Source of the DNA: Eledone cirrhosa
Lineage: Eukaryota
DNA length: 64,000 nucleotides
Reading direction: 5' to 3'
Assembly (NCBI GenBank): GCA_964016885.1
Contig: OZ024746.1
Location: 86,242,001-86,306,000, forward strand
How positions within the stretch are numbered: the first letter of the stretch is position 1; each line of letters opens with the position of its first letter. Positions 1 through 12,778 of the stretch are shown in pieces. The notes beneath the pieces are model-generated. The model searched no databases. It was not told the origin of the DNA and worked only from the letters and a program-made list of their open reading frames with translations. A program made the translations under genes and the position numbers.

Positions 1-67
1 CCGAGGCAGAAAGTACGCCACAGTAGACGTAGTTTTCGCCACCCCCCAGGAAGCAAAGTCTCACTCT

Positions 68-1009
68 TTGGAAACCCTAAAGAGTGAGGAGATAGTCTTG
101 GTGCCCTCCTTATGCGGGCAAAAAATTGTGAGGGTCAAAATGACCCAGGTCCCACCCGACGTGCCCATACCTTGGCTGGCGGCGTCTGTCCTTGCTGGAA
201 TCGAGAACAGGACGACCATGCTGCAAGTAGAAAAAATAGGGAGAGAGAACTGGTCAGGTATAGGCATGACAATGCTTATACAAACTGACCAGGAATGTAT
301 CGACGCTATCCCCGATATCATAGACATCGAGGAAGGACTCCAACTCCCTATAAGTGTAGAAGGAAGACGGCCAAAATGTTATTTCTGTGGGTCGAAGGGT
401 CACCTCAGGGCCTTTTGCCCGCAGAAGACAGCGAAGAAGAAGGCCCCTCTCCTTCCAATACCTGGTCCGCTGCTACCAAGAGCAGGGCAGGCAACAAACG
501 CAGAAGCCCCTTCCACGGTGAGTAGGAAGGCAACGTCCGTAGCACCCGTACCAAGGCCACGGACAACTAAAGCAGCATCATCAGTGGCGGCAACACCAAT
601 GGCTACATTTGAAGTAGCTACACCAGCAACAAAATTGCCGAAGAGGGCTCCACTACCACCACCAACAGCCATGGAGCACATACCCCTCCCAGAGGCCACA
701 GAATCCGACATGGTGTTTGAGGCGGGAGTCAAGTGGCAATCGGTCTGCCACAAAAAACAAAAAACAAAAAAACCCTTAGATTCACCCTCCGAAAGCGAAG
801 GCATACAAAGAGGGGGTAAAGGCAGCAAGGAAACTTGCAGCAACACCACCACCATCACCACCACAAACACCACTGACAACAACAACCACACCACCACCAG
901 CATCACCAAAAACACCAACAACGCAAACACAAGACACACACACACCAAACAGCAACAAGAAGAAAACAGTAACAATATCACCCCTCCTCCCAAAAGTATA
1001 CAGCCATAA
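68..1009 (+). CDS. ORF1 (gag-like, CCHC zinc knuckle) of Tx1-like LINE; true start probably upstream
   Basis: CYFCGSKGHLRAFC = C-x2-C-x4-H-x4-C, then Pro/Thr low-complexity tail; lies directly upstream of ORF2. Confidence 0.75.
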   Translation: METLKSEEIVLVPSLCGQKIVRVKMTQVPPDVPIPWLAASVLAGIENRTTMLQVEKIGRENWSGIGMTMLIQTDQECIDAIPDIIDIEEGLQLPISVEGRRPKCYFCGSKGHLRAFCPQKTAKKKAPLLPIPGPLLPRAGQATNAEAPSTVSRKATSVAPVPRPRTTKAASSVAATPMATFEVATPATKLPKRAPLPPPTAMEHIPLPEATESDMVFEAGVKWQSVCHKKQKTKKPLDSPSESEGIQRGGKGSKETCSNTTTITTTNTTDNNNHTTTSITKNTNNANTRHTHTKQQQEENSNNITPPPKSIQP

Positions 1010-1325
1010 ACATGGCAAATAAAGAACTCCTACAACACATAAAGCAGCATACAGACATCACAGATAAAAACTACTACACCTCACCAACACCAAGAACTCT
1101 ACCGACAAACATAAGCATCATTGAAATCTCAATAGAACAGTACAAACCTTTAAAACAAAAATTCCCCAACGCAGTTGGAGACTTCAGAGGGTCGGTTACC
1201 AAGAGGATATACACTGACATCCTCTTGGAAATACCCATGACCAGCGAAAGGGACAGTTCTACTGTCCCTTCACCACACGATCAAGGTAAGTGACTCTTTC
1301 TCACTTGCCCCGTTTCTCATCCAAC

Positions 1326-3414
1326 ATGGCCGTACTCAGAATAGGCAGTATAAATGCACGTGGCCTGGGGTCATTTTGGAAGCAGGGTCACCTGCTCAAT
1401 GACCTCAGGTCACTAAACATAGATGTGGTGGCCATCAGTAAGACCAGAATCTCCGAAGCACAAGCCTTCGCACCGATCTTCCTTCGGCGGCTACGATGTA
1501 TACGCATCTCCCAGCCGTCCAGGATCGGGGGAGGGGTTGCTGTCCTTTTTCGGAGAGGCTTGGATCTCGCCATACGGGCCATCTTCCTAGACCCAGAAGG
1601 TAAGTCGGTGGTGCTGGACGTGACCGGCAGCGAAGGCAATGCTTTCAGGCTAGTAGACGTCTACGCCCCAACAGGGGCAGGACGGCCAGATTTCTTCAGA
1701 CGTCTAGAGACCTTTCTTGGAACGTCCCGCACTTTAGTGTTAGTGGCGACTGGAACGGTATCTTGGATGCCTTATCTAGTTCTCTGCAGAATACCCTATC
1801 TAGATACGATCTGGATGACTCGATGCGGTTTGTCCATGTCCACATTGGCACATTCGGGTGATCCAGTCGATACCTGTCAGACAGTTCAAAACGTCTGAGT
1901 AGGTTGGTGAGGCTCTTGCACCCTCCTCCCCTATCCACTAGCCCCACACAATCCCAGCGCTAGTATAAGTTGTCCACAATTTAAAATAGTCGACTACACA
2001 GACCACAAATTTGTGATCTGTGAGATCGACATAGACAGACTTCATAGACAAGGGCCTGGTTACTGGAAGCTGAACGCGCGCAAAGACTACAGAGACCGGA
2101 TTAGCGTATTAGTTAAGCGGGCGTTGACGGGAGCGGTTGTCAACAACAGGTGGTGGTTCGCCCTGAAAAGGGCAATTAAAGTAGAGTCGATTAGGTTTAG
2201 CAAAGGAGGTAATGATAGAGGAAAATAGAGTAGAGGGAGAGCTAGTCAGAAAGCTAGAAGAGGCGTTTAGGACAGGCATCGCAACCGACGTGCTTGCGGC
2301 GAGATTGGCACTCGACCAATTCTTCAACGCAAAACACGAAGGCTGCGTTGTCAGAGCTAGAGCGCGTGCTCTGAAACACGAGGGGACAAAAGCCGTCCAA
2401 TGGGCCCGGGTGGCAGAGGCGCGACGTGGCAACAAAGCCACAATTCGGTCTGACCAAAAAGGGGTGCGTGATGCTCGAACCCGAGCGGATGTGTGAAGCT
2501 TTTCAGCAGCATTTGCTGAACTGTTCGGGAGCGGCGACGGCCCGGATCGGGGCATAGACTTCAGTGCATACCTCGACGGACTGCCTCGGCTCTCGACGAC
2601 CGCAGCACAGTGTTGCGAAAAGCCAATAACAGCCGGTGAAATACGGGAAGCGATGGCTAACTGCACAAGCGGTAAATCGCCAGGTTTGGATGGTCTGCTC
2701 TACGAGCTTTATGCATTTATACCAGACATGTTCGGTAACCTCTTGGCAGACATCTACTGCAACTGGCAGCAGAACGGTAGCATTCCCAGTTTTGTGAGCC
2801 GGGGAGCAGTGGCGCTGCTGAGAAAAGACCCGAACAAGGGGGATGTTATCGATAATTTCAGGCCCATAACCCTGCTAAACGCAGAGTTCAAGATTTTGGC
2901 CAAGGTGATAGCAACGAGGTTGGCGCTTGTCGTCAAGGGTCTGGTGGGAGAGGTGCAGACATGCGCCATTCCGGACAGATCCATACACGACAACCTCCAC
3001 CTCATGCGATACATCATAGAGAGGGTGGTTAAGGAACCTGGCACGGGTGGGGCCCTGATCAACTTGGATCAATCCAAAGCATTCGATAGGGTCGACCATC
3101 GGTTCTTGGCGACGGTCCACGAGGCACCCGGTTTCGGGCCCGTTTTCAGGGGTTGGATCGCAGCAATGTACAGCGACATCTGCTCAGTTGTGAGGGTTAA
3201 CGGTCACCTGTCGCAGCCGTTCAGCATCATGCGCTCAGTCCGCCAGGGTTGTCCCCTCTCGTCCCTCTTGTACGTCTTGGCTCTCGAGCCGTTACTGCAC
3301 AAACTGGGGGCGATGAGGGGCGTCCCACGCGAACTAGGATGCGGGAAATCCGAGTCGGCTTACGCTGACGACGTCACCGTGATGGTGCCGAGCACCAGAC
3401 ACGTCCAGATGCTC
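1326..3414 (+). pseudogene. Disrupted ORF2: APE endonuclease + reverse transcriptase
   Basis: MAVLRIGSINARGL, GGGVAVL, VYAP, YTDH, GPGYWKLN; RT motifs KSPGLDG, NFRPITLLN, LDQSKAFDRVDH, VRQGCPLS, YADD (3361). Confidence 0.9.
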
Positions 3415-3605
3415 GCCAACTCGTTTTCGAGTACGGCCACTAATTTATATCCATGTAGGAGAACCCCTACTGATGCGCTGAACGAGTGTGACTTCTTAGT
3501 CCAGCCAGCGACTTGAAAACTCTGGTACAAACACTACACTTGTGACAATTATTGACACATAGTGCTGGGCCCATGGTACCATGTGACGACAAGTGCAGAG
3601 AGATC
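3415..3605 (-). mobile_element. Fragment of RTE-derived non-autonomous family A (3' part with C2H2 finger)
   Basis: Near-identical to part of 27397-28004; minus frame reads CSVCTRVFKSLAGLRSHTRSAH. Confidence 0.85.
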
Positions 3606-4217
<612 letters not shown>

Positions 4218-4339
4218 GAATAATCGAGAATCGGAATATCAGCCCACGAAATCACGATAAACAATATCCGACATGTGTGGCAGAGGGCTCAATAATTTGG
4301 AAAAATCAGAGCTATAACTATCGTTATATATATATATAT

Positions 4340-4663
4340 TTAAATGACGTAGCAAAGGTAGCAGAAAAGAGAGTGCTCTATGTAGGCTACAGAGCTTTTT
4401 AGTTATGTAATAAACAACATAAGATAATTAATCCATTTACCATTGGTTTTTTTGAAGACAGACGAGCTTGACACTTATGTCTGCCTTCATTGATCAGAAC
4501 AAATTTATTAAAATGGAATAGGGATATGGATTTGAAAACAGAGTTTAGGATAAATGAAAGTGAGGCTGAAATAGCCCGTTATTTCATTTCAGCTCCACTC
4601 GTCTGTCTACAAGAAACCATTGGTAAATGAATTAATTATCTTATGTTGTTTATTACATAACTA
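4340..4663 (-). mobile_element. Fold-back PLE-like element with decayed hammerhead
   Basis: Inverted arms 4400-4466/4598-4663, tail 4340-4399, (TA)n flanks; minus-strand CUGAUCA-11 bp stem-AAAACCAAUGGUA at 4430-4505. Confidence 0.65.
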
Positions 4664-4726
4664 TATATATATATAAACATATATATATATATATATATAT
4701 ATAAACATATATATATATATATATAA

Positions 4727-4876
4727 AATCCCGTTAAGGGTGAAAGCAGCGATTCTTTGCTTAAACTTTAATCTGTTATTTTAATAAATATTTGCTCTAC
4801 GGTTCTTATATATTTGATATATATTTTCCTTATCGAGCCCTCTTTGGATTTTAGTCTTCAATTTTATTATTATTAC

Positions 4877-4877
<1 letters not shown>
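4727..4877 (+). mobile_element. (TA)n-embedded repeat, same family as 31531-31753 and 41773-41890
   Basis: Shared atcccgttaagggtgaaagcagcgattct...ggattttagtcttcaa. Confidence 0.8.
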
Positions 4878-4972
<95 letters not shown>

Positions 4973-5251
4973 ACGCACATATGACTGTGTGGGTGTGTAT
5001 ATACATATGTGTATACATGCATATATTTGACAATACATAGCCGGGGGTAATAAATATCAAACAGTCTCACCTCACCCCTCACCAAAAGCCGCTCCACTAA
5101 ACATATTACACTTGACAACTCCCCACCCATCTCACAGCACATTCTGACCTCTGACCTTCATTCTAATGACGTCACACATGCTGACACTGCCGATTTCTTA
5201 ATGACGTTAAACTGCGTGGAAATAGTGACTTGATTATGTTTTGGGGTCGAC

Positions 5252-6212
5252 TGGTGGTGGTGATGGTTTAGTGGTGGTTGTGGTTGTAGTGGGGGTTGTG
5301 ATTGTGGTGGTGTTGGTGTTGGTGTTGGTGGTGGTGGTGATGGTTTAGTGGTGGTTGTGGTTGTAGTGGGGGTTGTGATTGTGGTGGTGGTGGTGTTGGT
5401 GTTGGTGGTGTTGGTGTTGGTGGTGGTGGTGGTGATGGTGATGGTTTTTGTTGTTGTTGTGGTGGTGGCGGTTGTAGTGCGGGGGTGATGGTTGTGGTTG
5501 GTCGTTGTGATGGTGGTTGTAGTGGTGGTGGTAGTGGTGGTGATGGTGGTGGTTGGTCGTTGTGATGGTGATGGTGGTGGTTGGTCGATGTGGTGGTGGT
5601 AATGATGGTGGTGATGGTGGTAGTGGTGGTGCTGGTGGTAGTGGTGGTGGTGGTAGTGGTAACGGTGGTTGTGGTGATGGTGGTGGTGGTAGTGGTGATG
5701 GTTCTGATGGTGTTTCTGGTGTTGGTAGTGGTGGTGGTGGTGGTAGTAGTGGTAGTAGTGGTGGTAGTGGTGGTGGTTGTGATGATGGTTTGGTGGTGGT
5801 GGTGGCTGGTCGTTGTTGTTGTGGTGGTGGTGGTGGTTGGCCGTTGTGGTGGTGGTGGTGGTCTTTGTTGGGGTGGTGGTTGTGGGAGGGATAATGATAT
5901 TGATGGTAGTGTTGGTGGTGACGGTGGTGGTGTCTTTGTGGTGGTGGTGGCGGTGGTGGTATTTGTTGAGGTGGTTGTTTGTGGTTGTGGTGGTTGTGGC
6001 GGTGGTGCTGGTGGTGGTTTTTGCGGTGGTGATGTTCGTTGTTGTGGTAGTGGTTGTAGGTTGTGGGAGGAATAATGGTAGTTATGGTAGTGGTTGTTGT
6101 TGTTGTGGTGGTGGTGGCGTTGGTGGTTGCGTGATGCTGTTGCTGGTCGTGTGGTCGTGCAGTGGAGCTGGAGTGGTGGTGGTGGTGGTGGTGGTGGTGG
6201 TGGTGGTGGTGT
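5252..6212. repeat. (GGT)/(GTT) low-complexity tract
   Basis: Direct reading; ORFs here are repeat artefacts. Confidence 0.95.
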
Positions 6213-6597
6213 GAATATATACGTCACTGTATAATCTGAGTTCAAAACTTAGCAAGTTAAACGTTTTCCTTCATTCCCCAGGGAGCGATAAGATAAGGTA
6301 CCAGTAATATACTGTTCTTACTGGAACACTACCGTAGAAATGTGTTGATCTGTTGCTGGCAATGGTATATATCATTACTAAGCTCTCATCACCGAATACT
6401 GTGTCTTTGAATTTGTATATGCCACATTCCAGACAATGACACTTTTGTTGATTATTATAATTGCAACGAGAAGTGTCAGGTGTCTTAATGTATCAAGAGG
6501 AAGCCTCTTGACCTGTTAGAAATAGTAGCCTATTGTCCTTCATATCAAACCCTACAATCATACCCTACCGTAAAATTGAATTTGCCACGGGAGGTGG

Positions 6598-6648
<51 letters not shown>

Positions 6649-6656
<8 letters not shown>

Positions 6657-7247
6657 AGTGAAATGACAGGAGACCAAATATGTAGAATATCGTTAATTTT
6701 TTATTTCTACAAACACTATACACATGTCAGTGGTCAGGTTGTGTAAGACCTCGGTAACCTCATCAGGTGTAAATTGCGTAATAGATGAATACCAACGGAA
6801 AGATGGTAAACTTTAAGGAAATAAGCAAAGAAAAAGAGTGTGTGCTTATGTTTTTGACCCAGAGAAGGACAGAGTAGCTTGCTGCCATATTGCTCCCCCG
6901 TCTCAGAGACGGTGGAGCAATGTGGTTTGTTTCCTTAAAGTTTACCCTCTTTCTGTTGGTATATAACTATTACGCAATTTACACCTGATGAGGTCACCAG
7001 GTTCTTACGCAACCTGGCCACTGAAATGTGTATAGTGTTTGCAGAAATAAAAAATTAAGGAAATTCAACATATTTGGCCTCCTGTCATTTCACTTTATAA
7101 TACATTTAGTCCGTTTCCTCACCACCAAAAGGATTCAACATCGAAGATGGATGAGTTGCTTAACGTCGAGTGCTTTTTTTCATATTACGTCATAATTAAC
7201 ATTGCGGAATGACAAATTCTACCCAGTGGTAAACCACCAAATTTAAA

Positions 7248-7250
<3 letters not shown>
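6649..7250 (+). mobile_element. Fold-back PLE-like element (arms 6649-6824/6927-7102, roughly 90% identical, tail to ~7250)
   Basis: Inverted arms read directly; (TA)n both sides; hammerhead motif in each arm. Confidence 0.75.
6981..7038 (+). ncRNA. Minimal type I hammerhead ribozyme (predicted)
   Basis: ACAC-CUGAUGA-stem II (ccaggtt/aacctgg)-GAAA-U-GUGU-A-UA-GUGU; stem I ACAC/GUGU; predicted cut after 7034. Confidence 0.65.
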
Positions 7251-7307
<57 letters not shown>

Positions 7308-7310
<3 letters not shown>

Positions 7311-7451
7311 CGAAGGAGTTGTGGTAAGGAACCAGATGGACCATAACGCGCCATAAGGTAGTAGAGTGGGTAATAGGAGAAAGTATTACCCCGACGGCAG
7401 AACTCAAGCCGTCGAGACGGCTTGATCTCTGCCGTCGGGGTCATACTTTCT

Positions 7452-7456
<5 letters not shown>
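7308..7456 (-). mobile_element. Short fold-back element (arms 7373-7413/7416-7456), family of 32226-32421 and 41562-41700
   Basis: Palindrome plus shared tail taacgaagg...gtagagtgggt, inside (TA)n. Confidence 0.75.
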
Positions 7457-7516
<60 letters not shown>

Positions 7517-8431
7517 TAATCTTGAGTTTAAATGCATATAAAAATGAGAAAAATCATCGCTAGAAAAGCCAAATGCTGTCAAAAACAGTGATGGCCAAAA
7601 GTGCCTAAGAAGACAGAGACAATCGGCTAGTGATCAATAGAGTGACAATCGACAAGATGGGTGACAGGTAGATGAAATATAGAAAAAAATAAAAGAGGAA
7701 GAGGACAAGGAGAAGTGTGTTGGCACAAAACTATCGAAGCGCTGGGAAATATAAAATTATTTATAGAACATGTCGGAAACTCAAACGTAGGAAAACTAAC
7801 ATCAATCCAATGTTATTAATAATAGCCCAGAACATTTGGTAGAATACTCCTATGAATGGGAGATGCGGCCTTCAGAAACTACGAAGAGTCGATCACTGTA
7901 TCGTTCGAATTCCGAGCGACCTCTGACGACATGTTCCGTCTAAATTAATAGGCATATGCAAACAGATTGGATATAAATAACCATAAATATAAACTATAGA
8001 AGCGCTTGGTCATTTGAAATGCTTTATAGAAAATGTACGAAACCTAAACATCCATTATATATACTTTTCTTAATTTCGGCCATTAGATTGCAGCTACACT
8101 GGGACATCCTTTGAAATTCGATCAAATCAGTCATATATAAAAGTATTCATATTTATCTTAAAACCTTCCATCATAATTGTATATGGGAACCTTTGTTAAG
8201 TTATGTTCCAAACAGTCTTTCGTTATTTTCAAAATTATTTGAAAATCTTAGGCAGTATCTTTCATTAGTAACGAAATGGCTCTTTACTGTATCTAACAAC
8301 ATATTAATTATATTTCTATCTGAGGAACATTATCGACTTTATCGACCTCTCCCGCAAGAATTAGAAGTAAAGGTGATATCGTCCGTATTTGAATTGAAAA
8401 ATTACAAATAAGTTTAATTACTATATAAACT

Positions 8432-9140
8432 TTATCATCACCCGGCGGCCTCAGCAGAAATCGACTTCACAATTGATATATACGTGGGTCTGTCGTTCAT
8501 TGCCGTTACCAAATCATGGATTTCAATACCAGAATCTCTGGAGATGACATCGGGATAGGAGAGCTTTCGCCCCCTGTTATTAGTGACTGCTTGTGGTTTC
8601 CAAAGCACAAATGGGGACACAGCCTCATAGATAGCACGATGGCAGTGGCCAGCAAATCTTACTCTGCTTTTATTTACAACGACAGATATGCGTGGGAGGC
8701 TGGCATATATCTCTCTCAAAGTCAGATGTCACTAGCTTATGTTCTGAATGCGTTGAAGTAGGCGAGTGTAGGAACCGTTAAGGCGCTTTTGTTGTTTGGG
8801 TGAAAGTCTCCATGTTTCACTTCCATATAGCAAGATTGCTTGAATTGTTACTTGGAAGAGTCTGATTTTAGTGTGGTTGGAAATATTTGAGCGCCAAATT
8901 CGATCCATCTTGTGGCAAAATCCTTTTCTGGTGGCAAAATCCTTCTCAGAGTCCATGATCCAGGACCCAAGATACTTGAAATCCTCGACTTGCTTGATAT
9001 CACTGCCGCTGATTGTTTTGATGTTGTTACCTGTACAATTTGAAATGTACTCTGTTTCACCCTCGTTGAGATGAAGGCCAACGAGGGTGGCTGCTTCCTA
9101 GAGAGATGTCAAAAGTTGTTGCGCATTTTCTAGCATAGCT
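8432..9140 (-). mobile_element. RTE-clade LINE 3' fragment (post-RT region), decayed
   Basis: VEDFKYLGSWI, LLYGSETW, RFAGHCHR, LWKP...RGRKLSYPD across shifting frames. Confidence 0.85.
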
Positions 9141-9389
9141 GTGAAACTTTTTAAATCCCGTTATTAAACCACGCAGTTCTCTAGATTCAGAGGGGTAGAT
9201 CAAGTCAACCAAGCACTAGAACACATGTTTTTTTTGTTGCTTTTTCTTTTGCAAGATTCTCGATATCCATAGAACGAGATCGTATCAACTAATATATTAG
9301 TTTCAGCTGTCGTCAAACTACCATGTAGAGTAGCTTGTTATTTCTTGGTTGCTCTGAGAAACGGTAGTGATCGCTACTATATGAATAAT

Positions 9390-9576
9390 TGTTTCGACTT
9401 TTGGCACAAGGCCAGCAATTACTCAGTGCATTACTGGTAATTTATTCTATCGACCCCGTAAGGATGAAAGGCAAAGTTAACCTCGGTGGGATTTGAACTT
9501 AGAGCGTAAAGGGTGATAAATCTATGTTGCAAAGCATGGTACCTGACGCTCTACCGATACTGCCAATCCACCGCTA
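9390..9576 (-). mobile_element. tRNA-headed SINE family 1 (Meta-domain-like core), full length
   Basis: A box tggcagtatcgg, B box gttcaaatccc, core gcctttcatccttacggggtcgata; 14-bp TSD actatatgaataat at 9376-9389/9577-9590. Confidence 0.9.
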
Positions 9577-10161
9577 ACTATATGAATAATGTAGACATGA
9601 CTGCTATATATAAACAATCTTACCGAGAGAGTATGCGGGCTTCTAATCACACCAAAATTGACGAGAGCCAGCAAGGCTGACATAGACACACATTTATGAC
9701 TGTACCCTATGTATAGCTATGTAGGCCATGTTCCCTCATGCTCCATCTATGGGATTATATCACCCAAAATAAGTTAAGTATAGTTAGAAGTATTTTCGGA
9801 TATAGAGTTAATGAGGCTAGCTATCCATTAGTCGAAACCTCACAGCGCTAGAGACAAAGAGACAAAGTTACTTTACATGGTCACTAGACCTGCTATAAAT
9901 AGCAGCCAAAACATGTCCCGAACGGGTTTTCAACGAAAACATTATTAAAAAATGTTATAACTGCATTGAAAACCAGTTAGGTACCATCAAGATACTATGA
10001 GAAAAGTGTTCTATACCAGCAATATATCAACAAGCAAGACTACTCACACAAATATATACATATATATATACTCTGCTTCTTCCCATGCATAGAGTACTCC
10101 CCTGATTTGTGGTCTTCACACTCTCAGCGCTGCAGACTTTATATATATATGTATATATATA

Positions 10162-10261
<100 letters not shown>

Positions 10262-10274
10262 ATAAATATATATA

Positions 10275-10432
<158 letters not shown>

Positions 10433-10560
10433 AAATAAGGAGTTTGGACCCGACGGCAGCTGGGCTCTTGCAGTTACAACAGCCACTTCCAGACAGTATC
10501 AACAACTCTCAAACCTGGTTTGATATATATATATATAAATCAAACCAGGTATATCAAACC

Positions 10561-10647
<87 letters not shown>

Positions 10648-10804
10648 TATTGTTATACTTTGGGAGGGTCATGTTGCCAATAAGAAACACACGCACCATT
10701 TGCTTTCACTTCAATTTATTATATATTTATAAATTTACAAATTTATAAATTTATAAATTTCTGGTTGGTTGGTTGGTTCCACAACCAGATAGTTGTTTAT
10801 ATAT

Positions 10805-10849
10805 AGTCATAGTCCTTTCGTCACACACTCTGTGATCTCTTCAGTGACT
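10805..10849 (-). ncRNA. Minimal hammerhead ribozyme (mirror copy)
   Basis: Exact reverse complement of 10970-11014. Confidence 0.7.
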
Positions 10850-10969
10850 GGGGATTCCTTTCTTTGTCTCCGTGCCTCTCCTTTGTTCTGTCCTACGCCA
10901 TTTTGTTCAGAAACAAAATGGCGTAGGACAGAACAAAGGAGAGGCACGGAGACAAAGAAAGGAATCCCC

Positions 10970-11014
10970 AGTCACTGAAGAGATCACAGAGTGTGTGACG
11001 AAAGGACTATGACT
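10970..11014 (+). ncRNA. Minimal type I hammerhead ribozyme (predicted)
   Basis: AGUCA-CUGAAGA-G(A)UCACA gagug UGUGAC-GAAA-GGAC-UA-UGACU; 5-bp stem I; predicted cut after 11009. Confidence 0.7.
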
Positions 11015-11426
11015 ATATATAAACAACTATCTGGTTGTGGAACCAACCAACCAACCAGAAATTTATAAATTTATAAATTTGTAAATTTATAAATATATAA
11101 TAAATTGAAGTGAAAGCAAATGGTGCGTGTGTTTCTTATTGGCAACATGACCCTCCCAAAGTATAACAATATCGGTTTCAACACACGATTTCAGATAAAG
11201 AATCTTGCTAAACAAATTCAGAAATGATATATGTAGATAAATCTACCAAAATGTACGGTAGTGTCCAATCCGTATGAAGAACTCAATGTAATCCGAATAT
11301 CATGAAAAAAGAAGATGTATTCAAAAAATTTTAGTAGAAACAAGGTGTAGTGTAGTTACTTAATAAAGTGTATTTGCAAATAAAAGGAAAACACAAACAA
11401 GGGACAGTCCCGACATTTCAACGCAT

Positions 11427-11535
<109 letters not shown>

Positions 11536-11804
11536 GTGTGTGTGTGAGATGATGATGTTGACCAGTTCTCCTTTCAGGTAGTGTTTTCGATGCTCAGAGA
11601 GTGGGATTGGTCGAGTGCAAGGTCTTTCTCCACTTAAAAAACCTTCAAAGCACAAGCATTGCTTGTTCAGGATCTGTTACAGATTAGTGTGGTTGGCTGT
11701 AGCCTAAAAGTGGACCATTTTCTGTAATCTGACAAGCGATTGCAATACTCCTAGCAGAGTTTGCAGCTATCATGTATGTATATCTATGTATATGTGTGCG
11801 TATG

Positions 11805-11835
<31 letters not shown>

Positions 11836-11997
11836 TCGCATGCCAACACAAGAGCAAGAATGAAGTGTTCATTCTACTGACATGGCTATAAAATTGAGGC
11901 TTGTTTGTATAATTGAAAACGAATAATGTTATTATTATTATTCGAAAAACTCAGATTACATTTATTGTATTCAGCGATGTAGAGCGAAATTTTCTTT

Positions 11998-12062
<65 letters not shown>

Positions 12063-12074
12063 TACATACATAAA

Positions 12075-12690
12075 TACCTAGATGTGACAGGTGCAGAGGC
12101 TCTGCAGAATTAACATCGAAGATGTCACCCATGTCATAAGCAGCTGTCCAAAGATGTCATCGTACTACTATCTGCCTCTGAGGCATGATGTAGTGGCCAA
12201 AACATTGTACAATGCAATCCGTAGAAAAGATAGCCCCGATAATAAACACATTAAAAGCTACACCAATGTGGAAGACATCCATATACATAATATGAAAGAG
12301 TACTGGTGGAATCTCCCAGTAAAAAAACCCAATAAAATGCAGGCATAACAGACCAGATATAATGATGTGAGTCAGGGAAAAGAGGGCACACTAATGGAAG
12401 TTAGCTGCCCAGCAGATGCCAATATAATATTAAAGATTAGCGAAAAGGAGAACATTTATGCAGAACTAATGAGAAATCTACAGACACTCCAGCCTGACTA
12501 TACCTTCAGATTTATGCCTGTGATTATAGGGGCACTGGGGTATGTTAGTAACTGCCTCAATACAAATCTTGAGAAGCTGGGCTTCATAGAAACAGAAAGA
12601 ACACAATAGTTAGGAAATTACAAGTACAAGCCATTAATGGAACAGTAAAAATGTAAAACATTCCAAAAATTCTGCATCTAATAACTGCAT
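12075..12690 (+). mobile_element. RLE-type non-LTR element (R4/Dong-like) 3' fragment
   Basis: CRLC...HVISSC zinc finger, RHD, HNRPDI, EVSCP, EK..Y, PVIIGALG; frameshifted. Confidence 0.85.
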
Positions 12691-12778
12691 ATACACATGT
12701 ATACATACAACTCAAAACATCCACATCCACACATACAATAACATCCATACCTGCACACACATACATACAATATATACA

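Larger units (their letters stand above)
1..3414 (+). mobile_element. Tx1/L1-clade non-LTR retrotransposon, decayed, 3'-truncated inside RT
   Basis: ORF1 with CCHC knuckle, followed by APE-endonuclease and RT motifs broken by frameshifts, stops and an inversion; homology ends shortly after YADD. Confidence 0.9.
10646..11232 (+). mobile_element. Perfect 2x262-bp palindromic PLE-like element with 3' tail
   Basis: Arms 10646-10907/10912-11173, 4-nt loop CAGA, no mismatch seen; left end abuts (TA)n. Confidence 0.8.

Noticed and set aside
5268-6245. Pro/Thr/His-rich ORF (also 23137-23940 and 32387-33046)
   Set aside because: Simple (GGT)/(CAT) repeats.
7760-7940. Circularly permuted hammerhead (GAAAC..GUA at 7776, CUGACGA at 7923)
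   Set aside because: Stem II register needs a 3-nt bulge and stem I is minimal; may be just a 10-bp inverted repeat.
10646-11173. All palindromes as sequencing fold-back artefacts
   Set aside because: Several have diverged arms, asymmetric tails and recurring family termini; an artefact cannot be excluded for the mismatch-free ones.
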